Assembly (NCBI GenBank): GCA_038851565.1 | Contig: JAWCKV010000003.1 | Location: forward strand, 433 to 44,328 | Reading direction: 5' to 3' | Source of the DNA: Candidatus Hadarchaeales archaeon | GTDB lineage: Archaea; Hadarchaeota; Hadarchaeia; Hadarchaeales; Hadarchaeaceae | Length of the DNA: 43,896 nucleotides | Shown here: positions 29,346-40,555 of the stretch, one piece after another | Layout: every line of letters starts with the position of its first letter | Position numbering within the stretch: the stretch's first letter is position 1 | Notes under the pieces: generated by a model | Told to the model about the DNA's origin: nothing | The model's input: the letters and a program-made list of their open reading frames with translations, nothing else | Database searches by the model: none | Position numbers and translations under genes: made by a program

Positions 29346-29396
29346 AGCGACTCCAAACCGATATATGTCCTGACGTGAACCTTCAACAGGTTGAAG

Positions 29397-30599
29397 ATGC
29401 TTGAGCTCGGCTTGGTCGGAAAGCCCAACACGGGGAAAACCACCCTTTTCAACGCCCTCACGCTCGCCAACGCCCCGATTGCGGGATATCCTTTCACCAC
29501 GATAGAACCAAACGTGGGGGTCACCTACGTCAGAAGCAAGTGCCCATGCTCCGAGTTCGGAGTAAGGTGCAACCCGCAAAACTCCCTGTGCCTGAACGGG
29601 ATCAGGTATGTGCCAGTCAGGGTGATCGACGTGGCCGGGCTGGTGGAAGGCGCACACATGGGGAGGGGGCTCGGAAACCGCTTTCTGGACAGCCTGAGGA
29701 TGGCCTCGGTCCTAATTCACGTTGTGGACGCTGCGGGTGCCACAGACGGAGAGGGCAGGCCGTGCCCTCCCGGGACCCACGACCCCCTCAAGGACATAGA
29801 TTTCCTAGAGGCTGAGATAGCAATGTGGTTCAGGGGCATACTGGCAAAGGACTGGCAGAGGTTCGCGAGGAGGGCCAAGTACGAGAAGCTCGATCTCGCC
29901 AGGGAGATCCGTGATAAGATGAGCGGGCTCGGGATCACAGAAAGGCACGTGGTGGAGGCGATGAAGGCATCCTTCGTGGACAGGGAGAACCCAGACTCAT
30001 GGAGCGATGACGACCTCCTGAGGTTCTCCAGCGAGCTCAGAAGGATAAGCAAGCCCATCATCATTGCCGCGAACAAGGCCGACATTCCGGGCGCGGAGAG
30101 GAACATAGAGAGGATGAGTGAAAAGGGCTATGACGTGATCCCCACCTCATCCGAGGCAGAGCTTGCCCTCAGGCGTGCTGCGGAGAGGGGAATCGTGGAG
30201 TACGCCCCGGGAGGAAGAGAATTCAGAATACCGAGGGAGGACGCGCTAAGTGGGGGACAGAGGGAGGCCCTCAGGAGGATAGAGGCATTCATGAAAAAAT
30301 GGGGCTCAACCGGGGTTCAGGCCCTCATCGACAGGGCGATATTCGACATCCTCCAGCTCGTCGTGGTTTACCCGGTGGACGACGAGAACAAGCTGACCGA
30401 CAAGAAGGGAAACGTCCTTCCCGATGCCTTCCTCGTGAGGTCCGGAACGACAGCGAGGGAATTCGCGTACACGATCCACAGCGAGCTTGGCGAGTCCTTC
30501 CTTCACGGGATAGACGCTAGAACAAAGCGCAGGGTGGGGGAGGACTACGTGCTCAAGAACGGGGACGTGATAAGAGTGGTGTCTGGAAAGGGAAGGTAA
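29397..30599 (+). CDS. ychF: YchF/Obg-family NTPase
   Basis: GKPNTGKT, YPFTTIEPN, DVAGLV, NKAD, C-terminal TGS domain. Confidence 0.93.
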   Translation: MLELGLVGKPNTGKTTLFNALTLANAPIAGYPFTTIEPNVGVTYVRSKCPCSEFGVRCNPQNSLCLNGIRYVPVRVIDVAGLVEGAHMGRGLGNRFLDSLRMASVLIHVVDAAGATDGEGRPCPPGTHDPLKDIDFLEAEIAMWFRGILAKDWQRFARRAKYEKLDLAREIRDKMSGLGITERHVVEAMKASFVDRENPDSWSDDDLLRFSSELRRISKPIIIAANKADIPGAERNIERMSEKGYDVIPTSSEAELALRRAAERGIVEYAPGGREFRIPREDALSGGQREALRRIEAFMKKWGSTGVQALIDRAIFDILQLVVVYPVDDENKLTDKKGNVLPDAFLVRSGTTAREFAYTIHSELGESFLHGIDARTKRRVGEDYVLKNGDVIRVVSGKGR

Positions 30600-30645
30600 A
30601 CGCAGAGAGTATATAAAATGGGAAGAAACAGGTTAGGTGAGTCAC

Positions 30646-31563
30646 ATGGTGCGAATACTGGTGAGCGATAAGATCCATGAGGACGGGATAAGGATACTCC
30701 GGGGATTCGCGGAGGTGGACGTGATCACCGGACTGAAGCCCGAGGAGCTCTGCGCCAGGATTGCCGGCTACGACGCCATAGTGGTTAGAAGCGCCACCAA
30801 GGTGACCGCGGACGTCATATCCGCCGGCAAGAACCTGAAGGTGATAGCTAGGGCCGGGGTCGGACTGGACAACGTCGACGCCAAGGCCGCGATAGCCAGA
30901 AACATAAAGCTGATTAACTCCCCTGAGGCTTCCAGCGTGGCCGTCGCAGAGCTGGTTATGGGGTTGATGCTCTCATTTGCGAGGAGCATACCCAGGGCGG
31001 ACCAGAGCACGAAGCTGGGCAGGTGGGAGAAGAAGGAGTTGATGGGGACCGAGCTCAGGGGAAAGACCCTCGGGGTGGTGGGGACCGGGAACATAGGAAG
31101 GGCGGTCGCCCGCAGGGCTGTGGCATTTGAGATGAAGCTCCTCCTGCACGACATCGCCAGGGATGAAAAGTTCGCAGACGAGGTCGGCGGCAGGTACGTC
31201 GGGCTTGATGAGCTCCTCCGCGAATCCGATTATATAACCCTTCACGTGCCACTGATGCCGGAAACGCGTTATATAATCGGGAGGAGGGAAATCGAACTCA
31301 TGAAGCCAAATGCGGTCCTAATAAACACCTCGCGTGGCGCCATTGTTAACGAAAAGGAGCTTGTGGAGGCGCTGAGAGAAAAGAGGATAGGCGGCGCGTG
31401 CCTGGATGTATATGAAACTGAGCCCCTGACAGCCGGCCCGCTCCTCTCACTGCCAAACGTCATCCTCACCCCGCACATCGGGGCATCCACCGTGGAGGCC
31501 CAGCGGGAGGCGGCGGTCGTGATCGCAGAAAAGCTGAAGAGGTTCTTTGAGGGATCTGAATGA
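30646..31563 (+). CDS. serA: D-3-phosphoglycerate dehydrogenase-like 2-hydroxyacid dehydrogenase (no ACT domain)
   Basis: [43 protein letters not shown] at ~30610. Confidence 0.75.
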   Translation: MVRILVSDKIHEDGIRILRGFAEVDVITGLKPEELCARIAGYDAIVVRSATKVTADVISAGKNLKVIARAGVGLDNVDAKAAIARNIKLINSPEASSVAVAELVMGLMLSFARSIPRADQSTKLGRWEKKELMGTELRGKTLGVVGTGNIGRAVARRAVAFEMKLLLHDIARDEKFADEVGGRYVGLDELLRESDYITLHVPLMPETRYIIGRREIELMKPNAVLINTSRGAIVNEKELVEALREKRIGGACLDVYETEPLTAGPLLSLPNVILTPHIGASTVEAQREAAVVIAEKLKRFFEGSE

Positions 31564-32084
31564 ACTCCATGCCGCATAAACCGTCAATGCCCGACAGAAA
31601 AAGGGCGATAATGAGGGTTGAGAGGCCCTCCAGGCCGGAGAGGGCAAGGGCGCTCGGGTACAGGGCGAAGCAGGGCTTCGTTATAGCAAGGGTAAGGGTG
31701 AGGAAGGGCGGGAGAAGAAAACAGAGGCCGTCCAGGGGGCGCAGGCCAAAGCGAATGGGCGTTCTGAAGATCGTGCCGAGAAAGAGCCTGCAGCTGATGG
31801 CGGAGGAGAGGGCCGCCAGGAAGTTCCCGAACCTTGAGGTGCTGAACTCATATCACATTGGGTCAGATGGAAAGAGGGAATACTTTGAGGTGATAATGGT
31901 CGATCCCCATCATCCGGCAATAAGGAGCGATCCCCGCATAAACTGGATATGCAGGAGATCCCACCGCGGTCGCGCCTACCGCGGCCTTACCAGGGCAGGC
32001 AAAAAGATGAGGGGACTCCTGAAGAAGGGCAAGGGCGCTGAGAAAATACGGCCGGGCGTTCGTGCGAGGGGTCGAATAAAGTGA
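31560..32084 (+). CDS. rpl15e: 50S ribosomal protein L15e
   Basis: [33 protein letters not shown]. Confidence 0.95.
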   Translation: MNSMPHKPSMPDRKRAIMRVERPSRPERARALGYRAKQGFVIARVRVRKGGRRKQRPSRGRRPKRMGVLKIVPRKSLQLMAEERAARKFPNLEVLNSYHIGSDGKREYFEVIMVDPHHPAIRSDPRINWICRRSHRGRAYRGLTRAGKKMRGLLKKGKGAEKIRPGVRARGRIK

Positions 32085-32521
32085 AGCTCCCCGTATCAAG
32101 CGCCTTCGTGAGCGTGCACTGTCACGCAACTGAGGATGAGGAGAAGGTGCTGAGGGCGCTGCGCGCCATTGTGCCTGTGGATGTGGAAGTCAGGAGAACC
32201 AGGGCTGAGGGACACCACGGCAACCCCATTATTGTCATGAACGCCGGCATCAGGGAGAAGGCAACGCTCTCTGAGGTATGGAAAAAAATAGTGGGGTGCG
32301 GCGAACAGATCCTCCCCCGGCTCGATGAGAGGGTTGATGAACACCGCCAGCTGCACCTGAGGTTTGACAAACAGGCGGCTTTTCGGGGTCAGCTATCCCT
32401 AACGAGGGGAAGCGATGCCATCCACCTCAGGCTCAAGATAAATGCGTTCCCGCCCAGAAGGGAGAACGCCATTAGGTTCATCAAGGATGCCCTCAAACGC
32501 GGTGGAGAGGATGAGGGCTGA
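32081..32521 (+). CDS. Predicted exosome-associated RNA-binding protein (COG1325-like)
   Basis: [22 protein letters not shown]; superoperon context. Confidence 0.85.
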   Translation: MKLPVSSAFVSVHCHATEDEEKVLRALRAIVPVDVEVRRTRAEGHHGNPIIVMNAGIREKATLSEVWKKIVGCGEQILPRLDERVDEHRQLHLRFDKQAAFRGQLSLTRGSDAIHLRLKINAFPPRRENAIRFIKDALKRGGEDEG

Positions 32522-32804
32522 TCGCAGGAGATATGTGGTATTTGCCGTGGATCCGGGAACCCCATTGAATCACCTGGATAGGATCTTGGAAAACATGAAA
32601 CCTAAGGACGCCAGGTACTTCAGTTTGATTCTGTACGACGAGGGGGAGGGCAAAGGCATTATCAGGTGCCCCCACACACACCTGGACAACATCAGAGCAC
32701 ACGGAAAGGGGTCAAGTTCAGCTATTAGAATATTGGGGGTTTCGGGCACCATAAAACGCGCCAGGATGAAATTCCTCCGTCCGCGCGGGCAAGGTTTGCG
32801 GTAG
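32511..32804 (+). CDS. rnp2: RNase P protein Pop5/Rpp14
   Basis: RRRYVVF, GIIRC, GVSGTIKRA. Confidence 0.85.
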   Translation: MRADRRRYVVFAVDPGTPLNHLDRILENMKPKDARYFSLILYDEGEGKGIIRCPHTHLDNIRAHGKGSSSAIRILGVSGTIKRARMKFLRPRGQGLR

Positions 32805-32867
32805 GGTTAAATATGCTGCTGACTTACAGGTATTGATTACGTGAATTGAACGTGGAGAGGTGCTTGA

Positions 32868-33605
32868 ATGGCTTTTGTACCGCCGGGAGCAGGCTACGAC
32901 CGGGCAATAACCGTATTCAGCCCGGACGGAAAGCTGTACCAGGTGCAGTATGCCCAGGAGGCAGTGAAGAGGGGACTGACCGCTCTGGGCATAAAGGTTA
33001 AGGAGGGCGTGATCCTTGCCGCCGAGAAGAGGGTAAGGAGCAGGCTTGTGGAGGAAACCTCGATAGAGAAGATATTTCAGGTTGACGATCACGTGGGTGC
33101 GGCGGCATCTGGACTGATAGCGGACGCGAGGGTCCTCATAGATCACGCACGCATAGAGGCGCAGATAAACAGGCTGAGATACGATGAGCCGATAAGCGTC
33201 CAGACCCTGGCAAAGAGGATAGGAGACATACAGCAGATGTACACTCAGCACGGTGGGGTCAGGCCGTTCGGGGCAAGGCTCCTTATAGCAGGGGTGGACT
33301 CTGATGGAGCGCACCTCTTTGAAACCGATCCGAGCGGGGTCGTGGCGGCATACAAATCACAGGCCATCGGAGGCGGAGCACAGGCTGTCACGGACTTCAT
33401 GGAACAGAAGTACGACGAGAACATGACGCTTGAGGAGGCAATAGGGCTGGCGGTTGATGCCCTCAAGAATGTTGTTGAGGGGGAGATCAACGGCGACAAG
33501 ATAGAGATGGCCATTGTGCCTACAGAAACCAAGTCCTTCAAAAAGCTCACGTCTGAAGAGATAGGCAAACACATCAAAAAGTCCGCCAAGCCCGCCAAGG
33601 AGTAG
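32868..33605 (+). CDS. psmA: Proteasome alpha subunit
   Basis: [28 protein letters not shown]. Confidence 0.97.
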   Translation: MAFVPPGAGYDRAITVFSPDGKLYQVQYAQEAVKRGLTALGIKVKEGVILAAEKRVRSRLVEETSIEKIFQVDDHVGAAASGLIADARVLIDHARIEAQINRLRYDEPISVQTLAKRIGDIQQMYTQHGGVRPFGARLLIAGVDSDGAHLFETDPSGVVAAYKSQAIGGGAQAVTDFMEQKYDENMTLEEAIGLAVDALKNVVEGEINGDKIEMAIVPTETKSFKKLTSEEIGKHIKKSAKPAKE

Positions 33606-33613
33606 CGGAAGCC

Positions 33614-34309
33614 ATGGTAAGGCTCGAGGATGCCGTCATAGCCAGACTGTCGACGCAGGGGGCCACCTTCGAAATTCTTGTTGACCCAGAACTGGCCCTT
33701 GCGCTCAGGACCGGAGAGAAGGTGGAGATCAAGGACGTGATCGCGACCGACAGGGTGTTCAAGGACGCGAAGAAAGGGCTGGCCGCGTCCGAGGAGAGCG
33801 TGAAGAAGGCGTTCGGCACGACCGATGTGTTAAAGATCTCCGAGGAGATAGTGAAGAGGGGAGAAGTACAGATAACAACCGAGCAGAGGAGAAGGCTGAG
33901 GGAACAGAGACTTAAACAGATCGTCGCGCTGATATCGCGGAGGGCTATCAACCCACAGACAAACCTTCCACACCCGCCGGCCAGAATAGAGACTGCGCTA
34001 TCTGAGGCGAAGGTCCACATAGACGAGTTCAGGGGAGCCGAAGAACAGCTGGGCCGAATAATAAAGGCCCTGATGCCAATCCTGCCTCTCAAGTTTGAGA
34101 ACAGGAGGATCTCCGTGAAGGTGCCTGCCTCTTACGTTGGTAGATCCCAGAGACACCTCAGGGAATTTGGAACCATAAGGGAGGAGCGATGGCTCGAAGA
34201 CGGATCATGGAGCTTTGTCATAGAGATACCGGCAGGGGTTCAGGGGGAATTCTTCGACAGGCTGAACGACCTGACCAGAGGAGAGGCCGAAGCGAAGGTG
34301 ATCGGATGA
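33614..34309 (+). CDS. Ribosome maturation factor SBDS/Sdo1
   Basis: [22 protein letters not shown]. Confidence 0.95.
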   Translation: MVRLEDAVIARLSTQGATFEILVDPELALALRTGEKVEIKDVIATDRVFKDAKKGLAASEESVKKAFGTTDVLKISEEIVKRGEVQITTEQRRRLREQRLKQIVALISRRAINPQTNLPHPPARIETALSEAKVHIDEFRGAEEQLGRIIKALMPILPLKFENRRISVKVPASYVGRSQRHLREFGTIREERWLEDGSWSFVIEIPAGVQGEFFDRLNDLTRGEAEAKVIG

Positions 34310-34995
34310 TACACGTACAGGACAGGGGGCTGGTGGTGCCCGGAGACCTGCTTGCCGAGGGCAACTACAGGGTTGGCACCGGCGCATACAGGGAGGGCGG
34401 CCGCGTATACTCCTCCGTGGTCGGACTTGCCTCCGTAAGCGAAAGGGAGATAAAGGTTGTTCCGCTGCAGGGGCCCTACATACCTGCCCCCGGGGACAAC
34501 GTGATAGGGATAGTTGTGGACATTCACTACTCGGGCTGGATACTCGACATAAACTCGCCCTACACCGGCAACCTCTTCATCTCGGACTTCCTTCACAGAA
34601 AGGCTGACCTCGCCAAAGAGGCCCCTGAGGAATACCTGGGCGTGGGGGACACCGTGCTGGCCTCTGTAAGGGAGGTCGACGAGAGGATGAGGGTACTGCT
34701 CGAAACCGAGGGACCCAGGTCCGGAAAGATCGTGGGGGGAAAGATGATCGAGATAGCCCCTGTGAAGATCCCCAGGGTGCTGGGAAAGAAAGGATCAATG
34801 CTGGATATCCTTAAAAAGGTTGGGAGATGTAGACTTATAGTCGGTCAAAACGGAAGGATAGTAGTATATGGCGATGACCAGCGTGCGGTAGACGCCGTGG
34901 TCAGAGCCATATTCATGATAGAGCGAGAGGCGCACACCACCGGACTGACCGACAGGGTGCGCCTCATGCTTGAAAGGGAAACCATGGGGATGTGA
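34306..34995 (+). CDS. rrp4: Exosome subunit Rrp4
   Basis: VVPGDLL, DINSPY (S1), [10 protein letters not shown] (KH), VGQNGRI. Confidence 0.95.
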   Translation: MIHVQDRGLVVPGDLLAEGNYRVGTGAYREGGRVYSSVVGLASVSEREIKVVPLQGPYIPAPGDNVIGIVVDIHYSGWILDINSPYTGNLFISDFLHRKADLAKEAPEEYLGVGDTVLASVREVDERMRVLLETEGPRSGKIVGGKMIEIAPVKIPRVLGKKGSMLDILKKVGRCRLIVGQNGRIVVYGDDQRAVDAVVRAIFMIEREAHTTGLTDRVRLMLERETMGM

Positions 34996-35714
34996 TGGAA
35001 GAGGAAAAAAAGCTGATAATTGACGGAAGAAGGATGGACGGGCGCGCGCCAGACGAACTCAGGCCCATTAGGATAGAGGCCGGGATCCTCAAGAGGGCGG
35101 ACGGATCGGCATACGTGGAGATGGGCTCCAACAAGGTGCTGGCAGCTGTGTACGGTCCAAGGGAAATGCATCCGAGGCACGAGCAGGAGCCAGACACCGC
35201 TGTGCTGAGGTGCAGGTACAACATGGCGCCCTTCTCGGTTGACGAGAGGAAGCGACCGGGCCCTGACAGGAGGTCCATCGAGATATCCAAGGTAACTAGA
35301 GAGGCCCTTGAACCCGTGCTCTTCCTCGAGATGTACCCCAGGTCCGTTATAGACGTGTTCATAGAGGTGCTAGAGGCGGATGCCGGGACAAGGACAGCCG
35401 GGATAAATGCCGCATCGGTGGCTCTGGCCGATGCCGGCATACCCATGAGAGATCTTGTCTCAGCCGTGGCGGTGGGGAAGGTTGACGACGTTATAGTGCT
35501 GGATCTCACGAAGGACGAGGACCAGAACGGTCAGACCGACATGCCTGTTGCCATCATACCCAGGAAGAAGCTCATCACCCTCCTCCAGATGGACGGGAGC
35601 TTCACGAAGGAGGAATTCCAGAGGGCGCTTGACCTCGCGTTCAGGGGCTGTGGGCAGATATATGAACTTCAGAAAGCGGCCCTCAGGGAGAAATACGCAG
35701 TAAAGGAGGGATGA
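34995..35714 (+). CDS. rrp41: Exosome exonuclease Rrp41
   Basis: RMDGR..DELRP, YNMAPFS, ADAGTR. Confidence 0.96.
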   Translation: MEEEKKLIIDGRRMDGRAPDELRPIRIEAGILKRADGSAYVEMGSNKVLAAVYGPREMHPRHEQEPDTAVLRCRYNMAPFSVDERKRPGPDRRSIEISKVTREALEPVLFLEMYPRSVIDVFIEVLEADAGTRTAGINAASVALADAGIPMRDLVSAVAVGKVDDVIVLDLTKDEDQNGQTDMPVAIIPRKKLITLLQMDGSFTKEEFQRALDLAFRGCGQIYELQKAALREKYAVKEG

Positions 35715-35715
35715 A

Positions 35716-36480
35716 GTGCACAGGATAATATCCACGGTGAAACAGGACCAAATACTGGCGCTCGTTAAGCAGGGAAAGCGGGTTGACGGAAGGGACATAG
35801 AGCAATACAGGGAGATATCCGTCGAAAGAGGAGTGATAAAAACCGCAAATGGCTCGGCCAGGGTGAGGATTGGGAAAACGCAGGTGTTGGTGGGAGTCAA
35901 GCTGCAGCACTCCGAACCGTTTCCGGACACCCCAAACAGCGGCACCCTCATCGTGAACGCGGAGCTTCTGCCCATGGCATCGCCCACCTTCGAGCCCGGC
36001 CCGCCGGATGAGAACGCGATAGAGCTGGCTAGAGTTGTGGACAGGGGGATAAGGGAATCCGAGTGCATAGAGCTGGAGAAGCTGGGTATAAAGGAGGGAG
36101 AGGATGTCTGGGGAGTGTTCATAGATATACATGTGCTGGATCACGACGGAAATCTGATAGACGCGTCTGCCCTCGGGGCAACCGCCGCCCTCCTTGACAC
36201 AAAGCCCCCGCAGGACGAAGCCTGGACCCTTCCTGTATTCCCTGTCACTAGAAAGCCGGTCGCGGTGACGCTCGCAAAAATAGACGAAAGACTGCTTGTG
36301 GATCCATGCCTCGACGAGGAAAATGTGATGGACGCAAGGCTCACCATGACAACCACGGATGACGGGAACCTCTGTGCCATCCAGAAGGGAGGAAGAGGTT
36401 GCTTCACACGAGAGGAACTGGAGAGAGCATACGAAATAGCCAGGGAAAGGGGCACAGGGCTCAGAAAGCACCTAGGGTGA
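35716..36480 (+). CDS. rrp42: Exosome subunit Rrp42
   Basis: PFPDTPN, FEPGPPDE, DGNLIDA, AIQKGG. Confidence 0.96.
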   Translation: MHRIISTVKQDQILALVKQGKRVDGRDIEQYREISVERGVIKTANGSARVRIGKTQVLVGVKLQHSEPFPDTPNSGTLIVNAELLPMASPTFEPGPPDENAIELARVVDRGIRESECIELEKLGIKEGEDVWGVFIDIHVLDHDGNLIDASALGATAALLDTKPPQDEAWTLPVFPVTRKPVAVTLAKIDERLLVDPCLDEENVMDARLTMTTTDDGNLCAIQKGGRGCFTREELERAYEIARERGTGLRKHLG

Positions 36481-36484
36481 GGGA

Positions 36485-36724
36485 TTGCCGAGAACCAAGA
36501 CTGGTGCGGCGGGGAAATACGGGCCAAGATACGGGACCAAGATAAGAAAGCTTGCGCTCGAGATAGAGCGGAAGCTCAGAAGGAAGTACAGATGCCCCCG
36601 GTGCGGAGCTCAAAGGGTGAAAAGGATAAGCACATCGATATGGCAGTGCAGCAAGTGCGGCGTCAAGTTGGCCGGGGGTGCATACACTCCGTCTGCGCAG
36701 GTGGCTCAGGCTCAGGAGGGCTAA
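36485..36724 (+). CDS. rpl37ae: 50S ribosomal protein L37Ae
   Basis: GKYGPRYG, CPRC, CSKC, AGGAY. Confidence 0.95.
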   Translation: MPRTKTGAAGKYGPRYGTKIRKLALEIERKLRRKYRCPRCGAQRVKRISTSIWQCSKCGVKLAGGAYTPSAQVAQAQEG

Positions 36725-36726
36725 GC

Positions 36727-36873
36727 TTGTACAAGTGCAGCGGATGCGGCAGGGAAATAGAAAAGCTGCCCGAGGGGTCGGTCAGGTGCCCCTACTGTAA
36801 CTGCAGGATCTTGATGAAGATACGTCCAAAGGTTCTGAAGAGGGTCAGGGCCGATCCTCCCAGAAAAGGATAG
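36727..36873 (+). CDS. rpoP: RNA polymerase subunit P (Rpo12)
   Basis: TTG start; YKCSGC..RCPYC.RILMKIRP. Confidence 0.92.
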   Translation: MYKCSGCGREIEKLPEGSVRCPYCNCRILMKIRPKVLKRVRADPPRKG

Positions 36874-36887
36874 GTCCGGGGAATCCC

Positions 36888-37142
36888 ATGAAAAATCCTC
36901 ATGCCGCCCGGGCCCTGATGGAGTTCACTTTTGAGGATACCGCCAGGGCGGAGGCTGCCAGGGCCGCGCTGGCTCCGGAGGAAGAGGCAACCTACCCGGA
37001 CACCGAGATGATGGTGGGGAGAAAGAAAAACGTTTTATACCTTCAAATAGAAGCCAAGGACGCCGCATCCCTCCGTGCTGCGGTAAACTCGTCCTTGAGA
37101 TGGATCATGATCATAAAGGATGTAACGGTAAAAGGGAGGTAA
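36888..37142 (+). CDS. Second KEOPS Pcc1-family subunit
   Basis: ALAPEE, AKDAASLRAAVNS.LRW; rpoP-pcc1-pfdB context. Confidence 0.85.
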   Translation: MKNPHAARALMEFTFEDTARAEAARAALAPEEEATYPDTEMMVGRKKNVLYLQIEAKDAASLRAAVNSSLRWIMIIKDVTVKGR

Positions 37143-37514
37143 ATGAGCATGGAAAAGATATCCCCACAGCTGCGCCATCAGCTCGCACAGTTCCAACAGA
37201 CGCAGCAGCAGGCACAGGTGCTGGCAGCGCAGAGACAGCAACTGGAGCTGCTCATGCGCGAGACCGAGAAGGCTCTGGAGGAGCTGGGAAAGTTGCCCGA
37301 TGATGCAGGAGCGTACAGGGCCGTCGGAAGCATCATGGTCAAGTCAGACAAGGCCACGCTTCAGAAGGAGCTGTCTGAGCAGAGGGAGACGCTGGACCTC
37401 AGGATAAAGGCGCTGCAGAGGCAGGAGGAGCGCTCGATACAGCGCCTGCGTGAGATGAAGGAGAAGATAGACAGGGAGCTGAAGGGCGGTGCGGCGGAAG
37501 GAACTGGCGGCTAG
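37143..37514 (+). CDS. pfdB: Prefoldin beta subunit
   Basis: Q-rich coiled coil, ALEEL, YRAVGSIMVK. Confidence 0.95.
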   Translation: MSMEKISPQLRHQLAQFQQTQQQAQVLAAQRQQLELLMRETEKALEELGKLPDDAGAYRAVGSIMVKSDKATLQKELSEQRETLDLRIKALQRQEERSIQRLREMKEKIDRELKGGAAEGTGG

Positions 37515-37522
37515 GTAGAATC

Positions 37523-38542
37523 ATGAAAGAAGCCGCGGAGTTCCTCACCGGTGCATCCAGAGGCGGAAAGCGCATCCTAGTTCTATGCCACTATAATGCC
37601 GACCCGGACGCTGTGGCAAGTGCAACCGTTCTCTCGGAGATGCTCAACTCCATGGGGGCGAAGTCGGCGGCGGGGGCTGCCGAAGACATCTCCTCCGTCT
37701 CCCAGGCGCTTCTAGATGCCTACGGGAGAAAAATGGGGGTAAATCCTCCGATCGATGCAGATCTGGTTCTCCTTGTGGACACCTCCAGCCTCGAGCACCT
37801 GGGGAAACTGGGTGAGGCTGTAAAGGCCTCAGGTGTCGAACTCGCGGTGATCGATCACCACAAGCCCGCTGAGGGAATGAAAAGCATGTGCAGGTTTTAC
37901 ATGGTGCTGGAGGAGTTCCCCTCGGAGTCTGAGTTGATATTCAGGCTTGCGTCCGAAATGGGCATATCGCTGACCCCCGAACAGGCGTCGATGCTTCTGG
38001 CGGGGATACTGAGCGACACTGGATTCTTCAGGCTCGCGAGGCCCGAGACTTTTGAGGCAGTCAACGCCCTGCTTAAATGCGGAGCTGACTACGACAGGAT
38101 AGCCGCGCTCATGAGGCCTCCGGAGGACTTCCCCAAGCGGGTCGCCATGCTTAAGGGAGCGAGCAGGTCGGAACTCCACAGGGTGCATGGGTATCTAATC
38201 GTCTTCACAGAGCTGGGCTCATTCGAGGGAGACATGGCAAATGTGATGCTGAAGATAGGTGCAGACGTTGCCCTCGTTGGCTCCGAGGAGGAGGGAAACG
38301 TAAAGATGAGCGGGAGAGCCAGGCCGGAATTTACAAAGAAAACCGGGATCCACCTGGGCGAACTTATGGAGGAGCTAGGGAAGGCATTTCAGGGAAGCGG
38401 GGGCGGACACGCGGGGGCGGCCAGCTTCAACGGGAAGGGTAAGTACGAGGACGTGAAGAAACACCTGCTGAGGGAAATTGAAAGGAGGCTCAACAGGGGG
38501 GGTGCGCCGGATGATTCCGCCCCAGAGGATGAGAGAACTTGA
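37523..38542 (+). CDS. DHH/DHHA1 phosphoesterase (NrnA-like)
   Basis: HYNADPDA, VDTS, IDHH, SDTG, GGGHAGAA. Confidence 0.88.
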   Translation: MKEAAEFLTGASRGGKRILVLCHYNADPDAVASATVLSEMLNSMGAKSAAGAAEDISSVSQALLDAYGRKMGVNPPIDADLVLLVDTSSLEHLGKLGEAVKASGVELAVIDHHKPAEGMKSMCRFYMVLEEFPSESELIFRLASEMGISLTPEQASMLLAGILSDTGFFRLARPETFEAVNALLKCGADYDRIAALMRPPEDFPKRVAMLKGASRSELHRVHGYLIVFTELGSFEGDMANVMLKIGADVALVGSEEEGNVKMSGRARPEFTKKTGIHLGELMEELGKAFQGSGGGHAGAASFNGKGKYEDVKKHLLREIERRLNRGGAPDDSAPEDERT

Positions 38543-39428
38543 AAGGGCCGGTTACAGGATAATCGGAAGGCACAGCGCAGTGAAGGTCTGTCACTGGACG
38601 AGAAAGAGCCTACTCGGCAGGGGAGTTTGTTACAAGGAGATATTTTACGGAAAGGAGCTTAACTTGCACAGCCACAGATGCCTCCAGATCACCCCTTCCC
38701 TGCAGTTCTGCGATCACCGCTGCATATTCTGCTGGAGAAACACCGAACTCACGAAGGGCGCCTGGGAGGGCGAAGCGGATGATCCCTCATTTATCCTCGA
38801 TGGAGCGATAAAGGCCTGGAGAAATCTGCTCAGTGGGTTCGGGGGAAATCCGGACGTGGACCGAAAAAAATTTGATGAGTCCATGAACCCATCTCAGTGC
38901 GCGATCTCGCTCGCTGGAGAGCCGACGCTGTATCCGCTGGTTGGAGAGCTCATTGAGGAGTGCCACAGAAGGAAGATGGTCACCTTACTGGTGACTAACG
39001 GGCAACATCCGGAGGCCCTCAAGGGCATAAATCCCACTCAGCTTTATGTATCGCTCGTTGCCCCTGATGAAGAAACCTACAGGAAGGTCTGCAACCCGAA
39101 TGACGGGCATGGATGGGAAAAGACCATGGAATCCATCTCAATCCTTAGAACAGCCAGATGCAGAAGGGCGCTCCGACTGACAATGGTCCGCGGAATAAAC
39201 ATGAAGGAACCTGAAAAATACGCAGGACTGATTGAACTCTCAGGGGCGGACTTCGTGGAGGTCAAGGCGTACATGTTCGTGGGGTTCTCAAGAAAAAGGC
39301 TGGGTCTACACAACATGCCATCCCATCCGGAGATAAAGGCCTTTGCCGGGCGGATCGCTGAGATGACCGGATATGTGCTCACCGATGAATCTGAACCGAG
39401 CAGGGCAGTGCTGCTGAAAAAAGAATAA
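38511..39428 (+). CDS. taw1: 4-demethylwyosine synthase Taw1/TYW1 (radical SAM)
   Basis: HSAVKVCHW, CDHRCIFCWR, AISLAGEPT, EVKAYMFVG. Confidence 0.94.
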   Translation: MIPPQRMRELERAGYRIIGRHSAVKVCHWTRKSLLGRGVCYKEIFYGKELNLHSHRCLQITPSLQFCDHRCIFCWRNTELTKGAWEGEADDPSFILDGAIKAWRNLLSGFGGNPDVDRKKFDESMNPSQCAISLAGEPTLYPLVGELIEECHRRKMVTLLVTNGQHPEALKGINPTQLYVSLVAPDEETYRKVCNPNDGHGWEKTMESISILRTARCRRALRLTMVRGINMKEPEKYAGLIELSGADFVEVKAYMFVGFSRKRLGLHNMPSHPEIKAFAGRIAEMTGYVLTDESEPSRAVLLKKE

Positions 39429-39442
39429 AAAAGGTGGCAGCC

Positions 39443-40555
39443 CTAGCCGGCTCTTCTTGAGGTCATCTCCTGCCACCTTTCGGTCCACTGCTGGCGGACC
39501 TGCTCCCTGAACTGCTGAAGGTTCTCCAAGAGGCTCGTCCAAGTTCCGTTTTCCACCATCTCCTCTTTCATCTCCCGCCAGGCCTCCCTCCACTGAATCA
39601 ACTGCGGGCAGATGCTAGGCTCCCAGTCCGGTGCCTTTTCTGTCAGTTTTTCCGCTATTCTCAAATGCACGCTGGCCGCCGTGACCTGACCAAACGCCTG
39701 TCCAATTTTTCCCTTTTCCAATGCCTCCACGGCCCTCTCAATTTCCCTCTGAGCAACCTCCAGCTGCCTCTCAATAGCCACTCCGGCCAGCGAGTCCTCG
39801 GGTATTCCCTCCAACATCGCCTGAAGCTCCGATATCTTTGCCTCAAGGTTCTCCTTCAGCTCCGATATCCTGTGCTGGACCATCTCCGCTTTGGACTGAG
39901 CAACCCTCGCCTCCATCCCGACCTCCGCGTCCTCCAAGTTGTCTATGATAACCACGTATCCATCGAGATTTTCCCCTGTGCGCTCCTTCACGCGCTCCAC
40001 CACTCGTTTGATGGTCCCCAACCTGATCCGAATCATCGCCCTGATCTCATCGTTCTCGTTCGCGTACCTCTCCCTGATCCGATTCCTTATCTCTGCCATC
40101 TCCCGACACAGGTTATCCAACTCTTCCCTCTCCAGCTCGTTGTCTCTCACCATCTCCCTGAGCCTCTCGCAGAGCTGGACCGCCACGGAAGCCCTCACCA
40201 TCCCCACGCCTGGCATTTTCTCCTGCATCCACGCCACAAGCTCCGTCTTTCCCTCCCAGTTCTCCCGCTCAAGCGCCTGGAGCTTGTCCACGAACTCCTG
40301 CATGACGCCCCTGTACTCCAGCCCCTTCCCTCTCTCCACCATCCTCTCATACTCTGTCCATCTCTCCATCATCTGGGCCTCGCTGCCGACCATCTTTATC
40401 TGCTCTCCGATACGCTCAAGTCCGTAGAACGGTGAATCCGGGTCCACGTCCACTGTGTCCACGATCACCGGAGTTGCCACCGTTGCTCCTGCTGATACAA
40501 GGATTACTGCTAGGACCGCCACGGCCGCTACGCCGCCTTCACCCAATCCCCTCAT
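39443..40555 (-). CDS. Exported/membrane-anchored helical protein with DUF5667-like motif
   Basis: N-terminal hydrophobic helix, PDSPFYGLERIGEQI, long E/R-rich helices; AAGGAGG SD. Confidence 0.75.
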   Translation of the reverse strand: MRGLGEGGVAAVAVLAVILVSAGATVATPVIVDTVDVDPDSPFYGLERIGEQIKMVGSEAQMMERWTEYERMVERGKGLEYRGVMQEFVDKLQALERENWEGKTELVAWMQEKMPGVGMVRASVAVQLCERLREMVRDNELEREELDNLCREMAEIRNRIRERYANENDEIRAMIRIRLGTIKRVVERVKERTGENLDGYVVIIDNLEDAEVGMEARVAQSKAEMVQHRISELKENLEAKISELQAMLEGIPEDSLAGVAIERQLEVAQREIERAVEALEKGKIGQAFGQVTAASVHLRIAEKLTEKAPDWEPSICPQLIQWREAWREMKEEMVENGTWTSLLENLQQFREQVRQQWTERWQEMTSRRAG

